The notes beneath the pieces were generated by a model, which saw nothing but the letters and a program-made list of their open reading frames with translations, searched no databases and was not told the origin of the DNA. The position numbers and the translations under genes were made by a program. Positions 6,913-11,421 of a stretch of 11,421 nucleotides of DNA are shown here, one piece after another. How positions within the stretch are numbered: position 1 is the first letter of the stretch; each line of letters begins with the position of its first letter. This DNA comes from Promethearchaeota archaeon (GTDB taxonomy: Archaea > Asgardarchaeota > Lokiarchaeia > Sigyniarchaeales > SOKP01). Location: NCBI GenBank assembly GCA_019057865.1, contig JAHLWP010000068.1:1-11421 (forward strand). Reading direction: 5' to 3'.

Positions 6913-7593
6913 TTAGGCTTTTGTGCCACATTCTCGGCAGAAAGGACCAACCAATTCTGCACCACAATTTGCACAGAATCTATAGCGTTGAACATCGACT
7001 TGTGTTTTAGTTGGTGGTTGGTACTTTTCAATTACTCTTTCTGGCGTCACTTTTGATTCTAATGTAAAAGCATAGCTGGCCGCGATTCCTCCTATAATAC
7101 CCACAATACCTCCTATGATTGGCAAATAATATCCAAAACTTTGATCAAAAAACGTCCAATGAACACTGACGCCATAATACGCTATTTCCGCGTCTAAATA
7201 ATAATAATAAAAGACTGGGCCAATAATGGCCAAAATCCCCCCGAATAAACTAGTTCCTGCGGCTACTTTGTTACTTCCCCCCTGCCTTCCAGTTGTAGAG
7301 GCTGTAGCCATGAGTATCAATGCGATAAACAATAATACTGTAGCAACAGCTCCCCCAATCATTAACCTGCTATCATATGGATCAACATAAAAATCACTAG
7401 GCCAACCAGTTGACTGAGTTGCATATTCTGATGTTGTAGACCAAAAACCAAAAAACCACATGTAAGTCTCATCTAGAGGGCCGAAATCTGAATAACATGC
7501 AGGTAAAATTAAACCAAATAGTGTCAAAACTGCACCAACTACAGTTATTTTCCAAATGTGTTGTACCCAATCTGTACTTATCATTTGTGCCAT
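6913..7593 (-). CDS. 4-TM membrane protein with C-terminal zinc ribbon, copy C (226 aa)
   Basis: Four hydrophobic segments, WFFGFW in loop 1, FGYYLPIIGG at TM4, EKYQPP linker, CANC-x8-CREC. Paralogous to A and B. Confidence 0.88.
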   Translation of the reverse strand: MAQMISTDWVQHIWKITVVGAVLTLFGLILPACYSDFGPLDETYMWFFGFWSTTSEYATQSTGWPSDFYVDPYDSRLMIGGAVATVLLFIALILMATASTTGRQGGSNKVAAGTSLFGGILAIIGPVFYYYYLDAEIAYYGVSVHWTFFDQSFGYYLPIIGGIVGIIGGIAASYAFTLESKVTPERVIEKYQPPTKTQVDVQRYRFCANCGAELVGPFCRECGTKA

Positions 7594-7918
7594 ATCTAAT
7601 ATCTCTTTTTTTTATTATTGGATTTTCATTAAAATTTAATTTACATTTTATATTAATCAATAAGTTGTATATAAGGATTTCAATTCAACATTTATTTTAC
7701 TTCATTTATGAATTTTTAAATTTAAAAATCAATTTCTCTAGAAGAGATATTATGCGATGAAAGGGGTAAATTAAGATATTTATTATCAACATAATCAGCT
7801 TGCACTTCATTCTTTTTTTGATTTTATCATTAATTTTTTTTTCAAATATTAGTTAATTATTTTTATCATATTTTATTAAATTAAATAATGAAATTTGACA
7901 AAATAATGTGATTAGATC

Positions 7919-9595
7919 TTGTTTGATAAAAATTATTTGGAAAAAATCAGAGAAGAAAAAGAAAAATGGGATAAGCAATATGAAGGTTTGAAAGAGCGCG
8001 ATATTAAATTTGTTACTGACTCTGAGATCCCGATTAAGAGATTATATACACCCCTAGATATAAAGGAAAAAGATTATATTGGAAATATCAATTTTCCGGG
8101 GAATCCCCCTTATACCAGAGGAGTATATCCCTCTATGTATCGAGGACGTCTGTGGACTATGCGATTATTTTCAGGTCACGGAACTCCTGAAGAAACAAAT
8201 AAACGTTGGAAATTTCTATATGAAAATGGTGAAACTGGATTTAGTGCTGCGGTTGATGCATTAACTTTTAATGGGATTGACCCGACTAATCCAGATGGTG
8301 CTCCGGAAGTCGGAACTTCGGGAGTGCCGTTATATTGCATTGATAGTCTTTTTGCCTTAACTGAAGATATTCCAATAGACAAAATTAGTGTAGCTTTAGT
8401 TGTAGAACCCTTCACATCTGCACCTGTATGTGCTATGTATTTTAACATGGCAAAAATGCGTGGTTATGATATAAGTCAATTAATTGGTACTACCCAAAAT
8501 GATATCTTGACAATGACCGTAGGATATATTCCTTATAAAAATTGTCCCCCAAATCACATTTTGCGCTTAGCATGTGATTTCATTGAATGGACTGTTCCTA
8601 TGAAAAACGTACCAAGATGGCATCCTATTAATTTCACGGGATATAATTATCGAGAAGGAGGAATTGATGCAGTTCAAGAACTTGGCTTTGTTTTCGCTAG
8701 TGCATGCTCACACATCGATAATTTAATTGAACGAGGATGGAAAGTTGATGATTTTGTAGGACGTCTTGCTTTTCACCTAGCTGCTCATAAAGATTTCTTT
8801 GAAGAAATCGCAAAATTTAGAGCAGCAAGGAGGATTTGGTATAAATTAATGAAGGATAAGTATGAAGCTAAGGATCCCAAAAATCTTGGTTTTCGATTCC
8901 ATGTGCAAACTGCTGGTTCTTCTTTAACAGCTCAATTACCTAAAGTTAATATAGTAAGAACAGCGATCCAAGCATTAGAAGCAAACTTAGGTGGTTGCCA
9001 ATCATTACACACTAATTCTTACGATGAAGCAATATGCTTACCATCTGAAGAGGCCGCTTTAGTTGCCTTAAGGACCCAACAAGTAATATCAGATGAATCT
9101 AGAATTCATAATACCATAGATCCTCTCGCAGGTTCCTATTTTATTGAATGGTTAACTGATGAAGTAGAAGAAAGAGTATGGAAATATATTGATAAAATTC
9201 AAAAAGTGGGCACAATTGATAAAGCTCTCTCATCAGGGTTCCTATATAAAGAAATGAGGGATGCATTTCATAAAAGAAGAATGCGCATCGAATCTGGTGA
9301 TGAGATCATGCTTGGTATTAATAAATTTGAGGTTCCTTACGATACAGTAACAGACGTGTTTAGAACAAATAAAGAAGCAATAAATATAGAAGTCCAACGC
9401 ATTGAAAAGCTTAAAGCGCGGAGAGATAACGTAAAATTAGAGAAAATTTTAGATAGATTACGAAATGTGTGTGAGAAAGAGGAAAATGTCATGCCTGTTG
9501 TGATGGAAGCAACCAAAGAAGGTGCAACTGTTGGCGAAATCTGTGATATTTATAGAGAAGTTTGGGGTATTTGGGAACCTCCATTAGCAATATAA
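7919..9595 (+). CDS. B12-dependent acyl-CoA mutase, large (substrate-binding) subunit, methylmalonyl-CoA mutase family with a non-canonical active site
   Basis: FPGNPPYTRGVYPSMYRGRLWTMR, GTTQNDIL, FFEEIAKFRAARRIW, HVQTAGSSLTAQ, GGCQSLHTNSYDEA, DPLAGSY, ATVGEI. TTG start. Confidence 0.95.
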   Translation: MFDKNYLEKIREEKEKWDKQYEGLKERDIKFVTDSEIPIKRLYTPLDIKEKDYIGNINFPGNPPYTRGVYPSMYRGRLWTMRLFSGHGTPEETNKRWKFLYENGETGFSAAVDALTFNGIDPTNPDGAPEVGTSGVPLYCIDSLFALTEDIPIDKISVALVVEPFTSAPVCAMYFNMAKMRGYDISQLIGTTQNDILTMTVGYIPYKNCPPNHILRLACDFIEWTVPMKNVPRWHPINFTGYNYREGGIDAVQELGFVFASACSHIDNLIERGWKVDDFVGRLAFHLAAHKDFFEEIAKFRAARRIWYKLMKDKYEAKDPKNLGFRFHVQTAGSSLTAQLPKVNIVRTAIQALEANLGGCQSLHTNSYDEAICLPSEEAALVALRTQQVISDESRIHNTIDPLAGSYFIEWLTDEVEERVWKYIDKIQKVGTIDKALSSGFLYKEMRDAFHKRRMRIESGDEIMLGINKFEVPYDTVTDVFRTNKEAINIEVQRIEKLKARRDNVKLEKILDRLRNVCEKEENVMPVVMEATKEGATVGEICDIYREVWGIWEPPLAI

Positions 9596-9600
9596 ACTTT

Positions 9601-9607
9601 GAGGTGA
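9601..9607 (+). promoter_or_regulatory. Shine-Dalgarno GAGGTGA
   Basis: Strong anti-16S match 7 nt before the ATG at 9615. Confidence 0.8.
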
Positions 9608-9614
9608 AAAGAGC

Positions 9615-10013
9615 ATGAGCGATAAGAAAATTAGGGTGTTAATGTCAAAACCAGGTATTGATGGACATTGGCGTGGTGGGATAGTTGTATCAAGAGCTAT
9701 AAGAGACGCTGGTATGGAACTTGTTTTTGGAGGTTTTCAAAATGTTCAACAAATTGTTGAGGCAGCAATTCAAGAAGATGTAGACGTTATCGGCTTAAGT
9801 ATACATTCCGGAGCTCACTTTACATATACGCAACAAGTTATTGATTTATTAAAAGAACGAGGCGTATTAGATAATATCATGATCCTTTTAGGAGGAGTAA
9901 TTCCTGCAAAGGATTTTACCAAATTAAAAGAGATGGGTGTAGCGAATGTTTATGGACCTGGAACTCTTACGAAAGATATTGTCGAATTTATTAGAACTAA
10001 TGTAAAAAAATAA
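9615..10013 (+). CDS. Acyl-CoA mutase small, cobalamin-binding subunit
   Basis: KPGIDGHWRGG (DxHxxG), AAIQEDVDVIGLSIHSGAH, GGVIP, YGPGT. Confidence 0.95.
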   Translation: MSDKKIRVLMSKPGIDGHWRGGIVVSRAIRDAGMELVFGGFQNVQQIVEAAIQEDVDVIGLSIHSGAHFTYTQQVIDLLKERGVLDNIMILLGGVIPAKDFTKLKEMGVANVYGPGTLTKDIVEFIRTNVKK

Positions 10014-10083
10014 AAAAGTCATGTAATATTTTCTTTAACAAATTATAATTTAATAGCTATTCCTTAATGGGGAATGTGTTTCA

Positions 10084-11061
10084 TTGAAGTTTGAAAACGA
10101 TATTGATACTTTAATTAGTAGGTTTAAGAAGAAAGACAAAATAGCTTTAGCAAAATTGATAACCATAATTGAAAATGAGCCTGAAAGAGCTCATGAAATT
10201 TTTAAACAGTTTGAAGATATAAAACAAGATTCATACATTATTGGAATTACGGGATCGCCTGGTGTTGGGAAAAGCACATTAACGAGTGAAATTACTAAAA
10301 GACTTTTAGAAGATGCAAAGTCTGTTGGTATTATTTGTGTTGATCCAAGCTCTCCTTTTAGCGGAGGTGCTTTTTTAGGAGATAGAGTACGCATGACAAA
10401 TATATCATTACATCAGAGCGTATTTTTACGTAGTCTCGCTTCAAGAGGGTATAAAGGGGGTATTTCAAGAGCAGTTTTTGACATTAGTCTACTATACGAA
10501 GCTTTTGGTATGGATATAATCATTATTGAAACTGTAGGTGTTGGACAAGCTGAATTTGACGTTTTTAATTTAGCCTATACCATTGTTGTTGTCCTTGTAC
10601 CGGGATATGGGGATGCAATCCAAATGCAGAAAGCAGGGATTATTGAGATAGGTGATATTTACGATATTAACAAAAAAGATTTAGGTGGAGAAGGTATCGC
10701 TGTTCAAATTGAAATGATGCTTGATGATACAGTTTTTCAATCTGGGTGGAGGCCTCCTGTATCAATGACAAATGCGATTAATGGAGAAGGTATTGATGAT
10801 CTCATTCAAAATATATGGGATCATAAAGAACATGTGGAACTTTCAGGACTTATAAATGAAAAGAAAAAAAATCGATTTAAATACAAAATAAAAGAATTAA
10901 TCTATTCTAAAATTGAAAATTTAATCTCCAAGAGTCTAATTAACGAAGATGAGATAAATAACATAATAGAACACGCTATAGATGATGGAAAATTCAAAAT
11001 TTACCGTACAATCCATAATAAATTCGAAGATGTGAATTTTGAGATAAAGAAGAAGAATTAA
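10084..11061 (+). CDS. meaB: MeaB/ArgK G-protein chaperone of acyl-CoA mutase
   Basis: GITGSPGVGKST, VDPSSPFSGGAFLGDRVRM, FLRSLASRG, ETVGVGQAE, GDAIQMQKAGIIE, NKKD. Adjacent to the mutase genes. Confidence 0.95.
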   Translation: MKFENDIDTLISRFKKKDKIALAKLITIIENEPERAHEIFKQFEDIKQDSYIIGITGSPGVGKSTLTSEITKRLLEDAKSVGIICVDPSSPFSGGAFLGDRVRMTNISLHQSVFLRSLASRGYKGGISRAVFDISLLYEAFGMDIIIIETVGVGQAEFDVFNLAYTIVVVLVPGYGDAIQMQKAGIIEIGDIYDINKKDLGGEGIAVQIEMMLDDTVFQSGWRPPVSMTNAINGEGIDDLIQNIWDHKEHVELSGLINEKKKNRFKYKIKELIYSKIENLISKSLINEDEINNIIEHAIDDGKFKIYRTIHNKFEDVNFEIKKKN

Positions 11062-11189
11062 ACCTTTCTTTTAAATAATTTTTTAACATGTTCGAAAAGT
11101 GCACCTTAATCCTTTATAAGCACATTTTATTATCATAACTTAAAAGTTCCAATAATTCAATTAAAACCTTTTAAGATATGTGGTAAAAA

Positions 11190-11421
11190 ATGAATCCTAC
11201 AAAATCCCCCTATAAGAATCTTCTGCTTATTATTATGTTCTTTTTTATGGTTTTTTTATATGGAAATATAGTATTGGCAAATAAATATTTAAATCCGCAA
11301 AAGATTGGGGAATTTAAGACATTATTTGCCTGGGACGTTGTTGTAATCGATGATATAGCTTATGTTGGGGGAACTGAAGAAGGGTTACAAATTATTGATG
11401 TTTCTGACCCTCGCAATCCAA
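11190..11421 (+). CDS. Secreted LVIVD-repeat (beta-propeller) protein, 5' part; runs off the window
   Basis: Hand translation MNPTKSPYKNLLLIIMFFFMVFLYGNIVLANKYLNPQKIGEFKTLFAWDVVVIDDIAYVGGTEEGLQIIDVSDPRNP: a signal/TM segment followed by a typical LVIVD repeat. Confidence 0.85.
   Translation, partial: MNPTKSPYKNLLLIIMFFFMVFLYGNIVLANKYLNPQKIGEFKTLFAWDVVVIDDIAYVGGTEEGLQIIDVSDPRNP

Larger units (their letters stand above)
4726..7778. repeat. Three-unit tandem array, period ~1.02 kb (4726-5743, 5744-6765, 6766-7778)
   Basis: 5526-5880 and 6548-6902 are identical by eye (355 bp, offset 1022). 7603-7778 is a third copy of the upstream part with about 5 differences. Each unit begins with the last 95 nt of the MBL gene. 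Confidence 0.95.

Noticed and set aside
4869-7593. Diversity-generating retroelement as the cause of loop variability
   Set aside because: No reverse transcriptase or template repeat is in the window. Differences include indels and many non-adenine positions spread over the genes.
5221-7760. ORFs 5221-5439, 7469-7660 and 7497-7760
   Set aside because: Shadow or alternate-frame ORFs over the tetraspan genes and AT-rich spacer; not preserved as ORFs across the array copies.
8079-10394. ORFs 8079-8264, 8176-8448 and 10191-10394
   Set aside because: Alternate-frame or antisense ORFs within well-supported mutase and meaB genes.

Overview
AT-rich archaeal DNA, most likely from an Asgard archaeon (Lokiarchaeia/Promethearchaeia). 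This is an inference from the GAGGTG-type SD sites, the split acyl-CoA mutase, a stand-alone CDC48 N-domain, zinc-ribbon membrane proteins and a Loki-type 'FQINQYITLKLE..IYIN..CKYLLLNIP' domain. Left to right the window holds: a CoiA-like nuclease fragment, a secreted hypothetical protein, two tandem-duplicated mini-ORFs missed by the ORF track, a CDC48/p97 N-domain-only protein, an acyl-CoA dehydrogenase, an MBL-fold hydrolase, three tandem 4-TM zinc-ribbon genes, a B12-dependent acyl-CoA mutase operon (large subunit, B12-binding subunit, MeaB) and the start of an LVIVD-repeat protein. Top finding: the acyl-CoA dehydrogenase is interrupted just before its catalytic IYEGT motif by a 30-nt stop-containing insert. 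The insert folds with its flanks into a bulge-helix-bulge (BHB)-like motif whose canonical cut sites restore the protein exactly, making it a candidate tRNA-type intron in an mRNA. Second finding: a ~1.02-kb tandem array with identical 355-bp spacers but hypervariable predicted extracellular loops in claudin-like tetraspan proteins. The array has ATA starts, an in-frame amber codon, and junctions that keep a 21-bp piece of the downstream mutase gene.
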